Below, piece by piece: positions 1 to 15,217 of a stretch of DNA of 64,000 nucleotides. The stretch comes from Lobosporangium transversale (taxonomy: Eukaryota). A program made the translations under genes and the position numbers. How positions within the stretch are numbered: position 1 is the first letter of the stretch; every line of letters begins with the position of its first letter. A model generated the notes under the pieces. That model saw only the letters and a program-made list of their open reading frames with translations. It ran no database searches and was not told where the DNA came from. The DNA is taken from positions 496,001 through 560,000 of the forward strand of contig NW_019028999.1 in NCBI RefSeq assembly GCF_002105155.1, given 5' to 3'.

Positions 1-194
1 CCAAAACATAACAAAGAGCCCCATTCTTGAATCCATTTATTTCTCTATTAGAGCCGTTTATATATTTAATAGGCAGGTTGGAGACTCTGAATGATCAAGC
101 CACTATTTTTTTGCACTTCACCTTCGTAACAGCCATGTTTTTTGCATCTTTTAATACAATGGATGTAAAATATAGCTGGAAGATAGGTTTTTTT

Positions 195-2415
195 TTAAGC
201 AGAGCGGAATAGCTTGCGGAACTTGGCCGGACCGTCCCAAGTTCCTTTGACCATTGACTTCCAGTAAATCTCTGGGAGAACCTTTACATGTTAAAAAAAA
301 AAAAAAAAAAAAAGAGTTTGGTCATCTCAATTTCTATAATTTAAGGCCAATATTGCAGCTTTGAATTAAAATGCCATGAGTCCCCTACCTCTTTAGTCAA
401 CAAATAAGTGGAGAAGCGTTCCTTCGATTGATCAAAAGGGAATGTTTCCTGAGGCTGACCAGTGTAGCCGCTAAATTCTGCTAAAATCAGCTTGTCAGAT
501 CCGGTGATGAGCTAACATGGAAAACGGTTGAAGAGATCATATATCAGCATGTTAATATAAATTTGTTATATAGTCGTAACAGAATATCAAATAATACCAG
601 CTTGGCTTCTACACATTCCAAGTGATTTTCTAGCACATACCGGACAGCTAGTGTATCCATCGTATTTTGCAATCTGTTTGTCTCCGAAAATATCGCCTAG
701 CAAGTTATTCTTCAACACAGCGCTCTGCGCAGTAATGGCGGCAGCGGTTTTTGAAGTAGGAAGGCTTGAGCAATCGCCCAATGCATAGATGTTTGCGAAC
801 TTGTTGTGGCGAAGAGTCTCCTTATCAACATCCACCCATCCATCTGCGTTTGCCAATAAAGAACTTTTGATGAAATCGGGTGCGCCCATAGGAGGCGTAA
901 CATGCAAAAAATCGTAAGGCAAGGTCAACTTGGTACCCTTAGCTTCGCCACCTAGCACATTAAACACTGCCTCCTTGGACTCGGGGTTGATTTCGGTGAG
1001 ATCCGTGAAATAGTTGACATTCAAATCGCGAGCTTTACAGATTTTGAGCAGCTCGTTAGCATATTTATCTATCGCAAAGATTTTCCCTAGCCCTGTGAAA
1101 TATTTGATATCAGTCTTGGAGCGAATACCAGCTTTGCGCCATTGTTCTTCAGCCAAATACATGATCTTTTGGGGTGCTCCTGCGCACTTGATTGGAGTCG
1201 AGGGCATTGTAAAGAGCGCATTGCCGCCTCTAAAGGTCTTGATGAATTCATCTGTCTTCACTACAGAATCGGCGGAGTAGTTGGAGGTTACACCGTCCTT
1301 TCCGAGAGCCTGAGACAGGTTCTTAATCTTTCCCCAATTCATTTGAATCTAATTGATTAAGGAAGGGAATTCAAGTTTCATTTACTCGGCAATAGTTAGT
1401 CAAACCCAAACTATATCCGTCTAATGCCTGTGCTGTCCATAAAAACCCAGTAAATGCAATAAGATAGCGCACTTACTCCAGCAGCAACGACAAGGTAGTC
1501 GTACGAAATCTAACAAAGATTTACAGGCCAACATAAAACATTAAAATGGCGGCATCATGATTTTTTTTCTTTTCTTTCACTGTCCGATCCAAAATTGGTG
1601 GTGTCTACTCATTTGCTCATCCCTGATCTTTCCGTGATAATACTCGTTACTCCATATAACTCAATAACATATACTCTATGTTGCTTCATTTTTTCTTCTT
1701 CATGCAAAAAAAATAAAATAAAATAAAAAAACAAAATAAAGGCCATTACCGATTCCCCGTTTGAAAGCTTGACAATATTCTTGTTAGGCTCAAATGAGGC
1801 AACTGAATCCTTAATCCATTGAGCCTTCTCTGGCATGACTTCACTCATTGCCATCCTGGACTCATCAAACGTCTTGAGTCCAGCGCCAACAAACGTCCAC
1901 AAAGGTTGATACTGCGCAGACAATTTTTTTTCCACAGACATGCAAAAGAAACATTAGTTTTTTTTTTCTTTTTTTTGGAAAATAAAATTAAGATCTTCGG
2001 AAGTTCCAGTAGAGAATGAACACATACATAGTGGACATCAGATGGCTCGACAACTGCAACTGCTTTATTGCCGAGGTTTTCGGCCAAAGTAGAGGCAACG
2101 GAGAGCCCAGCAGACCCGCCACCTATGATAGATAGATATGGCTGTATTAGACCAATGAATCTTTAGAGTATACCGCGATGGATCAGAGCGTCATGCTATG
2201 CGGCGTTGGTTGTAGTATGGCTCCAATGACTTTGATTAGCTTAAAATAGGCTGCCTACCAACGACGACGACCTTGTAGCTTGATGACTTGGTTTGATCCT
2301 GAACTTTAGGAACAGCATTGACAGTCTGAGCCAAGAAGCGTCTAGACTGGAAGGTGGATGATCTGCTACTCATGCGAGCAACAGCACCCAAGTGTGTAAG
2401 AGAAGCAAAAGTCAT
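195..2415 (-). CDS. SQOR: Mitochondrial sulfide:quinone oxidoreductase (multi-exon)
   Basis: Exons give YKVVVVG-GGSAG, YQPLWTFVGAG, YDYLVVAAG, PIKCAGAPQK, GWVDVDKETL, ALGDCSSLPTSKTAAA, YDGYTSCP and C-terminal WDGPAKFRKLF. N-terminus resembles a mitochondrial presequence. GT-AG introns join the exons. Confidence 0.93.
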
Positions 2416-2917
2416 GGCGCTAACGTTAATTTTTGGCAGCGAGACTTGGCAAATACGAGAAAGGATGGAAGGTATAGAGATGCAGAGAGGAAGAGAAGAG
2501 GAGCGTGGGGAAGTTGTTCGAGGCTTCAAAGAAATTACTAATGCCCGATCACGTTTCTAAGAAATCAGATGAAATTGCGTGCTCGTCACAGTCAACATTT
2601 TCCCGATATGGTAGATCTCCATCCAGGAGGTACACCCCCTGCCTTCAATGCAAATGATACAGTTTGGACTCTAAATTCTCAAGGATACAAGTCCTTCATG
2701 TTTCAGAAGAAAATACTTTAATTCCTATCTGCATACTTCAATCAAGATAAAGAGGGGAGAAAAAAAATGCTAGTTCTAAAATATGGATGATCGTACAAAA
2801 TAAAAGGCTATAATACAAGAAATGATTATACAGGATGGAGTAATGGGATATAGTAGTGGTAGTAGCAATGATAACAGAGGGATAAATGCAAAAAGCATAA
2901 AATTAGAATAAAGAAAC

Positions 2918-4491
2918 CTAACGGTAACGATAGATTTCGCATCCTCTCTGTTCTTGAAGCAAAAACTTTTGGTATTTGATCTCTTGGATACGGCAGAGCC
3001 AGTCACACAGCAACAACGTCACATTTGAAGTATTAGAGCAGGTAAAAAATGGATGTGTGTCTAGCAGTTCTTGGGCAGACTTGCGATCCCTGGGATTTTC
3101 CTCAAGCATGCATCGCAACAGGTCGGCAGCCTGCACAAGCACACTTGGGTAATGTGCCCCTTGAGCGATGAACTCCTTGAGGTAGGCCACTGTTTGGTTC
3201 GTGTTTTCAACAGCAAGATATTTGGATCCAAAGTAATGCAGGTCACAATCAGGAATGTATGGCTCGAGCATTTGGCCAAGAACGATACCGAAGGAGTAAA
3301 GATCAGCCAAAGCTGGGTCATGGCTTTCATAAAACTGAGGATGCAATATCTCTGGAGCAATATACCCAGTGGTGCCGCAGACGGGAATCTGAGCCTTAGA
3401 ATCCTTCCAGGAACTTTTGACTGTCATTGAGAGGCCAAAGTCGATAATAACAGCATCCTTCTTTGCATGAGTGAGCATAAGGTTGGAAGGATTGATGTCC
3501 AAATGGACAATATTCTTGGCGTGAATTGCTGCAAGTCCAGTAAGGATCTGCTTAGTCACCTTACGGATAGAGCACAAACTCTTGTTGACAACATGGCAGT
3601 CAAATTTTTTAAGCATTGGCAGAACTAGGACGGTATCACCATTGTCATTGACGAACGAGTCCTGGAGCTGAATCACATTGGGCAGATTACCGAGCTCGCG
3701 CAAGAGCTGAAGCTCTTTCTCTGCCAAGCCAGCGATTGAAACAGTCTTAAAAGCTAGGGGCATGAAATCGGCAATTCGAATTCCAAACTCAATGGTCGAC
3801 AAATCATGCTAGAAACGATAATAAACAAGATCAGAAGTTGTTAGTAAGGTGAAAAGGGAGGTGAATAATGCTCCGTATCTACACACGTGTCTGAGTATTT
3901 CAGAGCTTAGATAAACACGCGTCAACCAGTGTTTACTTCCCCCGCAAATTAACACATGCCTCTTAGGGAAAGCGCATGAATTATGTTTTATGTTCAAAGT
4001 GAAACAAAAAAAGAGTAATCACTTACTGTGAGTTTAGGGAACATGTCGTTGACGAGGTAGTCCGTCTGGCCTTTGGAAGGGTGGTGCTCGCAGGGTGCCG
4101 TGTAGACGTAAGACTGACATGCTGTCGCGGTTGTCTTAGCTGTATCAGCTGTCTTTTTCAATGGTTCTATCAAAGTTGGGTTGGACATGATATCCTTCAG
4201 CGTACCGGCAAGCTGACTTGAGTGTGTCTTTTTATGTGAATTGCCTTGGATTTGGTGAAGAAGAGAGTATTGATCCAGATGAGAGTTTGTAAGAGGGAGA
4301 CGGTGGTGTGAAGGACTCATATGGAGACGCTGATGAATAATTGCTTTTAAGAGCAAGCTGTTGTTGACCGCGGTTGACTTTGGCTTTATAAAAGGGAATT
4401 GGAGTGAAGAGGCGGGAATTAGATCGTATTTAAAGGCGGCTTCGGCCGGGCTATATATGCTGGTGGAAGTGGATATCGACATTGCAGACAT
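2918..4491 (-). CDS. Divergent Ser/Thr protein kinase-like protein (2 exons)
   Basis: LAFK (beta3 Lys), HLDINPSN catalytic loop, DFG, CGTTGYIAPE and DLYSFG in 2918-3802. The upstream exon (to 4491) joins via an intron at about 3810-4025. Confidence 0.8.
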
Positions 4492-6386
4492 TTGCTAAAA
4501 TAAGTGATGAATAAAATAAAAAGGAGCACAAGACAAATGGGAAAAGAAAGTCGTTGATGCAAAGGACTTGTCTAAAAGAAACAGGTGTTTGTGTTCGAGA
4601 GATGTTGAGGATATACGGATCTAGAGTAGGCAAACGGATGCATATGACCACACTGCTGTTTACAAGCAAGTGTTTAGAAGAGAGAAGAGTGGGGAGTTGA
4701 GGGTAAAGAGGAATGTGCTAATGCGGTGGAAACAGAGAGGGATAGTCTCATCCAAATGTATTAGCAGCTCTTGAGCGAAGGGAGAGACAAACACACAACA
4801 GACAAAAAAAGGAAGAGAAGAGGATGGAGGTAAAGAGAGAATTGGGAAAGGTCGTAGTTTTTATAGAGGCATCTCAACGAGTCGGAATCGGAGGCGGAAA
4901 CAGAAAATAGAGTTTCCTATGACTACAAGCAATTTTATTTTTTATTTTTTTTTGGTTGGAATTCATTCTGTGGGGGAGAATGCAAGTGCTGCATGTCTAT
5001 CATTGTGCCTTTTCATGGTCTGGATCTATTCTAGCCGTTCATTTCTTCCGTAAGCTATCTAATTCACTGGGTTAAGGACGATGCTTTAGGCATCTCTATC
5101 TTACTCAGTTCCCTACTTGGTCAGTTTCCATAATATGGACTAGGCTATATCTGATGTTGCATAGAGTCTGGATTACATACCACGAATGAAATAATTTTAA
5201 GCAATTATGCTTTTGCCATCATTATCGATCTCAAATCACGATTTGCTCTTTCCCTACTGTATACATGGAGGATGGACAATATAATACAAACCACGGCGCA
5301 GTTGAACATTGAAAAGTTTATGAATGTATATCTATTTCCTGTTCATTCCGCAAGCTCTTGTGATATCAGCCAAGCAAGGATGCCTATAGAATGCCGCAAT
5401 CTAGAAAAACGCGTCCAGTCTTTGCTTTTGCGCTTTTTAATGTCGCATGGAGCGTGCACTCTAAAATATACACTGGATTCTTTTCCCCCCTATACCAGGC
5501 ATAATCCTTCGATTTCATATGAACTTGTTATTCATGGAGTACCTCTTCAACCACATCCTGTCAATCAATCAACATCGATTATTTACATATAAATAAATAG
5601 TTTCACGCAGATTGTTTGCCTTTAATTGAATCGCATGCGAAGATTTCCTATCTTCACATATTTTCTTTGAATAGAAATCAATTGAATGAACCTTCTTTTT
5701 ATTTGTCGTGTGCATGAGCATGTGCATGCAAAGATGTGTGACGGCACTTTTAGATGTGGCAGAGTCGTGTGCCATCAAAGTGTATGCTGAAATCAAACCC
5801 CTTACTAACCCCTAACACCATGACAATAGGCGACTGCTCGGTGCCTGCTGTATTTCCATATGCCTGGACTTAGCAGTAATTAACAGAATTGTTTGGTTTC
5901 TCTTGAATGACCGCCATCCAGAGGAACTACTTAGAGACACTGGAGTTCACTGTATTGCTTATACGGCTTCATATTGAGCCCGGGCAGTCGCCATATCCTT
6001 CACCATAAAGTATGAGCTTTCCGCACGCTTTAAGGAGAGTTACAAAAAAATAATCTAGTCTTGAAAACCGACTTGATAGTACACCCCTTGTAGAAGCAAT
6101 AAAAAGAATGGAAGTAACAGCGTCAATTTAAAGACGTGGATATATTATGTTTGGACATGAAGAGGCTATTACAGTAAAAAAAATGCTTCGCAATATCTAA
6201 TGGAAGAACTAAAGGGCGTACTATGTAGTTTTGCCTCGCCACGCCATGCGACTTCCTTTGGAGCCCATCAATGAGATTATATGCAGGTCCGATGTCAGCC
6301 GCAAGAGTAATAAAAAATCTCTAGCCTACTTATCCCGAACTCGCCACATGCCCTTCCGAAAGTAACTTTAATCTTATGAAACATTA

Positions 6387-9300
6387 TTAAAGATCTACAT
6401 CAACCTTGACATCGTAGCCCACTTCATCGTTGTCTGCGTCCTGCTCCAACTTTTCGATCATATCACGAATAGTATGGGATAATTTGCTATTAAGATTCAA
6501 GGCATATGTCAGGTACTTTAGCGCCTGCGCCTTGTCACCTTTCTTCTGTAGAACTTTTCCTAGTAGCATAAATGCATTGGGTTCATCAGGCGATAGCTTC
6601 ATGACTATCTCTAATTCCTCATAGGCTTCATCGTAATAGCCCATGTCTGCTTGAACCTTGGCTTTGCTAAAGCGAGCAGCAACATTAGTAGAATCAAGCT
6701 CGATGGCTTCCTGATATGAACGCAAAGCCTCTGTGATCCTACTCAACTTTTCTTGGCTCTGTGTAGTGGAAGATGAAGATAACCATCGTAAGATTTTCAG
6801 TTTTCCTGTCGCATGATATCTGATCTTACACAAAAGCGATCACGAAAGCAATAAAAAAAAACTCTAGCTTACGGCACCAACTCGATATAATACCACGCTG
6901 CTTGATGGGTTAAGTTTATGCGCCTCTTTGAAGGAAACGAGCGCAAGATCGTTTTTGCCCATCTTGTCGTAGATGAGACCAACGCCAAACCTAAATTATG
7001 CAGAGAAGTACACGTTTAGCTCTTTACGGGCCCTTCACATGGTACTTTAAATTAGGAGCAGCTACGCCGAAAAGTTTGCGCCTACCATGCATAATAATGA
7101 CGAGGATCGATTGCCATGGCTTTCAAAAATGCTGTCTGTGCTTTATCATACTCTTCCATATATGTATACTCGTGCCCAGACAATGTATGGGCATATGCAA
7201 ACCGGTCATTTAGTTGGATCGCTCGTTGGAAGCATTTTAGGGCCTGCTCGCTGTCATGCTTTAAACTAAATGCATTACCAAGAGCTACCCAGGCTTGAGG
7301 GGAATGAAGATTTGAGTCTTTGAGCTCTTTGGCGAGTGTAGAAAGCATTGTCTCTTTGTTTAAGTGCCAAAGACAGGTTGAGTAAATTTCCATGTCTTTG
7401 TGCAAACTTGGATCCAATTCTCGAGCACGTTCAAAGTATCTCATTGCCTTTATAACAGTATATATGGCATGAACATGTTATTTTTTTGTGAGCATACTTG
7501 GTCGCACCATTTAAAAATAAAAAATAAAATAAAAAAAAAGCGTCCCTAATGATTTAAATCTTACCGATGCATAGTCTACCATCCCAAATTTGCACTTGCC
7601 CAGCTGGCACTGCACCCACCCGCTCTGCAAATGATCGTGCGGCAGAGTCTCAAATTCGGTTATAGCTTCAATGAATTGGTTGAGTGATAATAAACCATAG
7701 GACCTTGCTAAAATCCGAAAAATATCAATCATGACCCGCAGACTCTCATCATCCCCCAATTGATCCGCTTCTACTGGCGTCATAGGTATAGTTAACTCTC
7801 TATATGTCTCGTATTCCTAAGCATTATTTAAAGTGAAGATGTCCAAGTGAGATTGTTTCAAGTCAATAAAACTCCATCATCATTTGTATTTGAAGTTCTT
7901 TTAAGCTGGATCGTACCTCATTGCTATCTGTATCCTTTTTCGTGTTTCTATTAGACATGTGCCTGCGTTGAGCTCCCGTCTTTATTCCAGACATTGAAAA
8001 ATTAGCGATCGTATTACTTCTTCCAGGCTCTCGCTTAGATACCCCTCCAGACGCGGCCGAAATTCGTAACATAGTCGACGACTATTAGACAAAATACAAG
8101 ATCATAATGTTCAAGCGAGAGTAGCACCACTATATCAAATTCAAGCTGCTTCAAGACACCACGGCACGATCAATTCTCATCACATCTTCCTACCTTACTC
8201 CTTTCAAACTTTGACTTGCTCGTCCCCCTTCTCAAGGTTACTCTCTCCGTCGATTCCCCGGGTGCGTTTGCTATGGTATCTCGACTAGTAGACATAGCTC
8301 TACAAGCGTTATAAGCGAAGTGGGCGCGTAAGAGTAATGAATCATAAAGAATAAAAATAGAACATGATCAAAGTAAGCTTGAGTGGCAATTACTAACTTC
8401 ATAGGTGGCGAGTCATCAGTATGCATTGATGCCATAATGGTCCCAGGCGATAAAGACGATGACTGAGGTATTGTCATTTTTGAAAAATCTTTCGCATCAT
8501 GTCGAGCTGAAGTATGTATGTTAAAAGGGTTTGTCTGAGCGGCGCTGACACCTTCATATTGCTTTGTTTCTGTTTGAGATGCAGAGAATGGTGAACCATC
8601 GAAAGTATTGATCCTCGATGGTTGTATAGTCGTAAGTGGCTTTAATGATACAATGGAAGTCTTTGTGTCAAACTGTTGAAATAGGGCGTTGGGATCCAAA
8701 GGCGCCCCTAAATAAATACATAGAAAATACATCCTAATAAGTCATCCATTCGTTAGAATATTTCATAACTTTTTATCATCATCCATGGCCAGTCTTAATC
8801 AAGCCAAAGGCTGTCTTACCGAGTTCACAAAGTCCCTCAAATGCTTCCCATAGCAGCGGATTAAAGGATAATGCTTCCTTGAAATATTTGATTGCCAATT
8901 TGTGTCTTTGCTGAGCTCTGGCAGGACCATTACAAGAAAAAAAAAAAAAAGAAAAGAAAAGAGAAAAAAGAAAAGAGAAAAAGAAAAGAGAACCAAGAAT
9001 GAGATCAGGACTAAAAGGAGCAAATACATTACAATGGATTGGTACACCTTACAAATATTTGAACGGTACCTGGCAGTGTGTCCAAGAAGGTTTAGCACTG
9101 AGGCTCGATCTGGCTCTCCTATACTCAACAGAACATGGTCCGAAACGATGTCTATAATGAAGAAAGGATTTTATCATAAGCATTTAGAGGCTCCATGGGG
9201 AATTTCATAAGCAACGGTTGTGCATTCTGGCAAGGAAGACGATGTACCTGAAACGGGGCAGATTGGCAAAGTACCGTTTTCAAGGAGCCACTCCAAGACA

Positions 9301-9653
9301 CCAGCGGCCTCAACATAGCGCTTTAGGTCGAGACAACACTGTGCAAAAAGATAGCGGCTTTTTAATGAGGCGCACCTCTCCAAAACTGTCCATGCGACCT
9401 CTGGTTTGCCTTGTCTATAATGACATGTTGCCAGCAGATACTGCGCGTGTTCTCGCTCAATCTCTGAATGCTCATGACCGCGCACCTGCGACTGCAATCG
9501 CTCTGCAAGGAAGGTTGCATTCCGGAACTGGAATCTATCAAGTGAATATTTAATGACAGACTCAAGACGGATGATAACAGGGTCCATATGGCTTCGGTTT
9601 GCTCTCTTGGTAGTGCTGGAGGTTTCTATTATCATGCCACCTGACGTAGCCAT
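6387..9653 (-). CDS. CDC27: Anaphase-promoting complex subunit 3 (TPR protein, multi-exon)
   Basis: N-terminal NATFLAERL / YLLATCHY / YLFAQCC. C-terminal TPRs MEIYSTCLWHL, SPQAWVALGNAFSLKHD, FAYAHTLSGHE, DPRHYYAW. Confidence 0.93.
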
Positions 9654-9925
9654 GAGCTCTTTCCTGTCTTCTGGCTAGGCGCAAATCCTTCAGTAGTGAG
9701 GATGGCTATGGTGGATAGGATTGCAGTTGTCTCCTACAGTAAATGTTGACAGCAATAAAACGAAAAAGCGTAGTCATTTCAGCATGGTAACCATGGTGCA
9801 ACCTTTTTTTCTCGTCGGGGATAGACATTAAGGTATAACTTTTAAGCCACCTCACAACAGTCATTAAGCACCTTTTCTTCGCAAACTGAATTCAAACCTA
9901 TCCTCCGTACTCTTCTCCATTCAAC

Positions 9926-11125
9926 ATGAACGTCTGGCCAATTGTCGTCCAAGTGGGCCAGAGGTCCAGTCGTACGATAAACATGTCAGCGCTCAATCGC
10001 GCCTATGCCAACCTAGCGTACAACACGACCTCACAGCCAACCAATGGAGAAGTCCCAACCCTAGATAGAAAGCTTGGCTCTCTCGAGGAGCGTATTCAGG
10101 CACGTCGGGATGCACTTGGTACACACATACGCTCAGAGGAACAACAAAAATATGCTCAGTCTTCGATAGAAGCCGGCAGTACCGTAGATGGATCTAAATC
10201 TGCAAAGAAGGGCATAATGTCTATCCTACCTGGTAATTCCTCATATCGACACTACGAACAATTCTTAAGTCTCTTGTAAGATCACATACTAAATCATTGC
10301 CTGATCAACGCTGCTGCAATAAATCCTTGCGTACCATATACCATATTGCTCAATAAGGAATTAATAACGCTTCAAAATGGATCAAGCAGCCTTCAGTCGC
10401 CGATCCTGAGTTTGAGGTTGTTAGTGCCGGGCTAGGATCAATGCTTCATGTTAGACTTCCTTCGCGCTCTGAACTTTATGCTGCCCCTGGCGCTGCTGTC
10501 GGAAGTTCAGCGGAGGTACATGTTTATTATTGCCTCTCATAATCTATAAGTATATGCATATACATGAAGCATCGTCCTTATCCTTTCTTCTTTAATGATA
10601 AACTATCAGGTTGAATCTGAACTATCGACCGCTTCCAACCCATTAAAAGCCTTAGGAAGACGCTTAGCGGGAGGCTCTTTATATTTTCAAAAGGTAAGCC
10701 TTTGGGAAGCCTTTGGTAACGCAAAGATAGTAATTAAGAATCATACCTGGAATGATCTTGGAGGCTGGATGTGATAACATGGCATCATCATAATCTTTTT
10801 ATAAATAGTTCAGTACATCCATGGTGGCTGGAGATGTCCTATTAGCACCTCAGTACATGTCTGATATTGCAGCTATTCGCATGGATGGCACATCAGAGTA
10901 CTATATTAGACGAGATTCTTTCTTAGCAAGGAGTCCACGAGTGATTCTTCAATTGGGATTAGCCAAGGCTGGATTAGGCGTTACTAATTTTTTTGCACAT
11001 CGTGTCACGGGTCGTGGCACACTTGCCATTGCCAGCTACGGAGGAATCTACCGTCTGGTATTGGCGCCAAATGAGGAGTATCTTGTCAATCCAAGGTTAG
11101 AATCTTGTCTTTTTTTTTTGAAAAT

Positions 11126-11157
<32 letters not shown>

Positions 11158-11736
11158 TAGTCCTATACTCTATCTAATATGCATTGCTCCGACGATCCCT
11201 TTAGACATTTGATTGCATGGGAAGCTGGCTCATCTCCCACTGCGTCACGTCTTGCGATTGATCCAACTCATCAAGTCGAACCAGAAACTCGTACATCCAA
11301 AATCCTTTCCAATCCCTATGTCGCATCTACATTGAATATTGCTTCACGTGCAGCCGAGCGCATTGGAAATGTGTTTTTTGGGAGACAGGAATTTGTTCGC
11401 TTGCAAGGTCCAGGAGATTTTTATCTTTGTAGTCGAGTTCGCCCTAGCACTGAGGTCCTGAAGCAGTTGACTTCGTCTGTGTCTAAGCTTCCAGTCGTTT
11501 TTCCTGCCCCCGTTGCCCCTGCTCCACCCAAGCCTACAACGCCACCTAACACCTTTGCAACGGTTACACGAGATGGTCATGTCACTATCAGTAAGAGTAA
11601 TGTATCTTCCACTAGCTCATCGGCATCTGCATCTCCATCTACTCCTCTCTCAGGATCCATCCCACAGATCAAACATCATGTGCTTGAACGCTCCGAAGGG
11701 ACAACTATCTCCAAACGTGAGACTAGCAGCTCGTAG
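9926..11736 (+). CDS. AIM24: Mitochondrial AIM24-family protein (multi-exon)
   Basis: GDVLLAP, VTGRGTLAIASYGGIYRLVLAPNEEYLVNPRHLIAW and FVRLQGPGDFYL match the AIM24 (TRAP-like) family. Confidence 0.75.
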
Positions 11737-13670
11737 GTTATGTGTTCTTTTGGTCGGTGCAACTACTACAGCACTAGAATAATCAGTAAAAAATAAAATA
11801 AAATAAAATAAAATAAAAGCAAAGCAAAGCAAAGTAAAGCAATAGCTTTAGCGTACGGTGAACAGAGTTTGAGAATTTTTTTTATTATTTTCAACAAAGG
11901 TAAGCGAGGTATAGAAGTGTATAATTCGGCACAACAGATCTAACAGTATATCTGTAGTCCTTGAATCGAGTCAACTACATCTGGCTATATTTTCAAGTCG
12001 GAATACTCCTAGTTAGTGATTCCAACCTAAACATATTCCTTTCGCTCGTTATGAATGATATATACAATTGTTTATTTAAAAGCGTTATGTGAGCATACAT
12101 TATATTTAATAGCTCTTATCAACAAGGCTATAAATGCATGAATGCTCCTGAGCCTGACATGTCACTTTTCCAGTATATACATTTATTATTTTTCTTGGGC
12201 ATATTGGTCATCTATTCACCTACTAACATATAAATGCAAAATAACTTGACTTCTTTACTTTTTTCCACGAGTATATTCCGTACCTTAGCACGTTGGCTGC
12301 TTCACTGGATGAACTTGACATATAAACAATGTCATATCATTAAACATTCCAAAAAGCTGCTCCATTTAACCTCATGAATTATTATCACAAGCTCCCGTAT
12401 TAATATTTTCAGATATTACAAAATGATTTTATGCTGCTACTGATGCAATATCGGTGCAGTAATAGTCGTTGAAAAAAAGATCACATATATATCGTCCGTA
12501 TCTGAACCAATATAACCTAGCGGACGAAATGCTTGCTTTCACTCTCACAAAATTTCACTATTTTCTAAAAGGCTGCATATATGTAAATTTTACAGATTGC
12601 ACTCTAGGAAAGATATCACATATGTAGAGAATCCTTGACATTACAACAACACTTTTCATCCTCAATAGGCCATCAGTATCCATAACGAGCGGAATAGAGG
12701 ACGCGCTGAAATTTAAACCGTTTGCAGAAGAGACTCAACTGGTGGGCAATATGATATTTCAATAATATAATACCAGTAGTATTTACTTAGCAAAAAAAAA
12801 AAAAAAAAAAAATTGCCATAGACTATATCGAGATAATCGTAGATGGCTCCCGTGGAATGGCCAATAAACTTTCCTGGCATTATCAAAGGAAAAAGATATT
12901 TGCACGGCCCCGTACACACCTTATTTGCACGAGGGTCTTTATTTCAGTCTTAGGTACCATTACCAGGAAGCCTTCCACGACACAAGCTCGGATCCAGAGC
13001 CGATACCCAAGGATCAAATACTGACCAGAATATTTATCTTATCAAGCCATACGTAGCTCAGAGTAGATGTTTATACTCTTCATGCGACTCTGAGACCAAA
13101 TAAAGAATGAAAAACACATTTGCACGCCCCTCGTACACACTAATGATTTTTTTTATTCGCACGAGGAGTTGTTATTTCAGCCTTTCAAGTAAAAATATGC
13201 CTTTAATTGGTGGCTTTCTCTCAATGAAAACGTCAATAGGCAGGAAGCATTAGAATCACATAAATACATCAATGCGCTTTTAATTGTAAATGTCACTGGA
13301 TTATAGCTGGATGTCATGATCAAAAAGGTACATTGATCTACAGTAGTAAGCCTTTTTTTGTTGGGTGTCAACAAGTTCAACAGGAGCTCCTGTGCTCCTC
13401 ATCAACACAGGATTATCCTCAGTGAAGGTCTCAATGGACGGCACGTTGTAAACCGTTATTATTCCTTCGAGCACCAAGTACTTTCTATATGCTGCAATAT
13501 ACAATATACAACAGAGGACACTAAATACAGTATAATAGTCTGTTCAGTGTTAATCAAGATTGCACCAAAAAATCGTGACAATATTGACTTTAAGCACGAA
13601 TGGCTCCTGTTAGAGTGAGCGACAAATGGAACTTGTTATCTTCGATTTAAAATAATTCTTAAAGAATCTA

Positions 13671-14018
13671 CGGCGTTTATAATTGTTTTATCTGCTTTAA
13701 AATAAGCTTTATCTGTTTATTTTTATTACATTGTTCCAATGAATAAAAAAATTGTCCAAAAGTAAGTTAAAAGTTAACTGAAAAGGGTGGAGAAATTTAT
13801 CTAAACGTTTGCAAATTTTGCCCAATTGGCCATGCGGATTTAACCATGGGATTTTGTGGGACATGTAATGGACATGGTGTTTGGATATTTGCGATAGTCG
13901 ATTTGGTTATCACGTTTGGAAAAATGGACAATACTTCAGGCACATCACATAACTTTTAGAATAATTATGTTAGCTTAAATCGGAGACAGTTTATTCCCCA
14001 TTGGAACAATGCAAATTG
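13671..14018 (-). mobile_element. MITE copy, inverted and missing one end
   Basis: Begins TA|CGGCGTTTATAATTGTTTTATC and is reverse-complementary to most of the 16869-17265 MITE. Confidence 0.8.
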
Positions 14019-15217
14019 TAATAGGTTTGAAAAGCAGAGCTTAACTAAAGGAGGGATCACTTGCCTAGACTATTGCTACGATGTGGGCGATATGAACCTC
14101 ATTTTTCAATACTTTATGCAGTGCTTCTTGAGAAAATGAGTTTAGAACATCCGATAATTGCTATTTTTCGCGACCTAGCCGAGTTTCCCTAAGGAAACCT
14201 TTTTTTCCTGTTATGTAACTGGCACATATTTGCCACGAGTAGTTTCAAATTTGAAAAATACATATTTTCTGAAGATTCAATGGACTTTGAGTATGTCCAT
14301 ACTGCGTTCCACTGTTTTATCAAGTTTTTCAAAACTAATTTTGGAATGATTGTCTAGATTGGTCGCATATTATGCCTTGTTGTACTCATCACATAACTAC
14401 AGGTATTAGCATTTGTCAGAAAGCTTAAAACTCACCTGGATAAGTTGCGCTTCAGCGCCTGCTAACGGCTCCAAACGCAGCGAGCGCAATTGGGTTTGAA
14501 ATGAGGACTTTACCTATAAGTACTAAGGGTATCGACATGACCATGAAGAACACCCCCATGCAAATAAATAAAAAAATTATTTGCACGGGGGCTATATACG
14601 GGGGATTAATCTATTTGGCAGCCCATACCAAATATAGTAATTTTTGCCTCTATTTGGCAGCCTACTTCTGGGGGCTGCCACTTAACTTCGCACTCTTGGG
14701 TGGCAGCTGGGCTGCCAAATACATTACTTTTTTTTTTTTTTTTTTTTTTTTTGATAAACAGGGTCATAACATCAGTGGTAAAACAAGCAGCGTTCTGTGG
14801 ATACATTGCCTTGCACAGCTAATGCCGCCGGAGGTACTAAGGGCAGCGGCGATGACATCTTCACAAAACAGCCTTCAATGTACACGGTTAGGGAATGATT
14901 TATTGAAGACGTCTAGGTAGTAGGTGAGATGCATTTGCTCCGAGCGAAAACCTCTCATAGGCATTGATCTCCAAATGGCACCTCCAAAACTGTATGAGCG
15001 ACCTACTTGAAAAAAAAAAGTCATTAGTTTTCTAAATGAGACAAGACAATGTCACTACACATAACTATGACGTAGAAGACGGGAGCTTTATTAATTTGAA
15101 GTATGAGCGTTATAAACATATACGGTTCCTAGGAATGAAAAAAAAAAAAAAAAAAAAAAAAATAGTTAGAGGCCAAATAACGCTGGGTAGGCTGCCAAGT
15201 AAACAATGAAGGATGAA

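Noticed and set aside
8799..9210. ORFs with poly-Phe or poly-Lys stretches, here and elsewhere
   Set aside because: They are translations of intronic A/T homopolymers or antisense frames of real genes.
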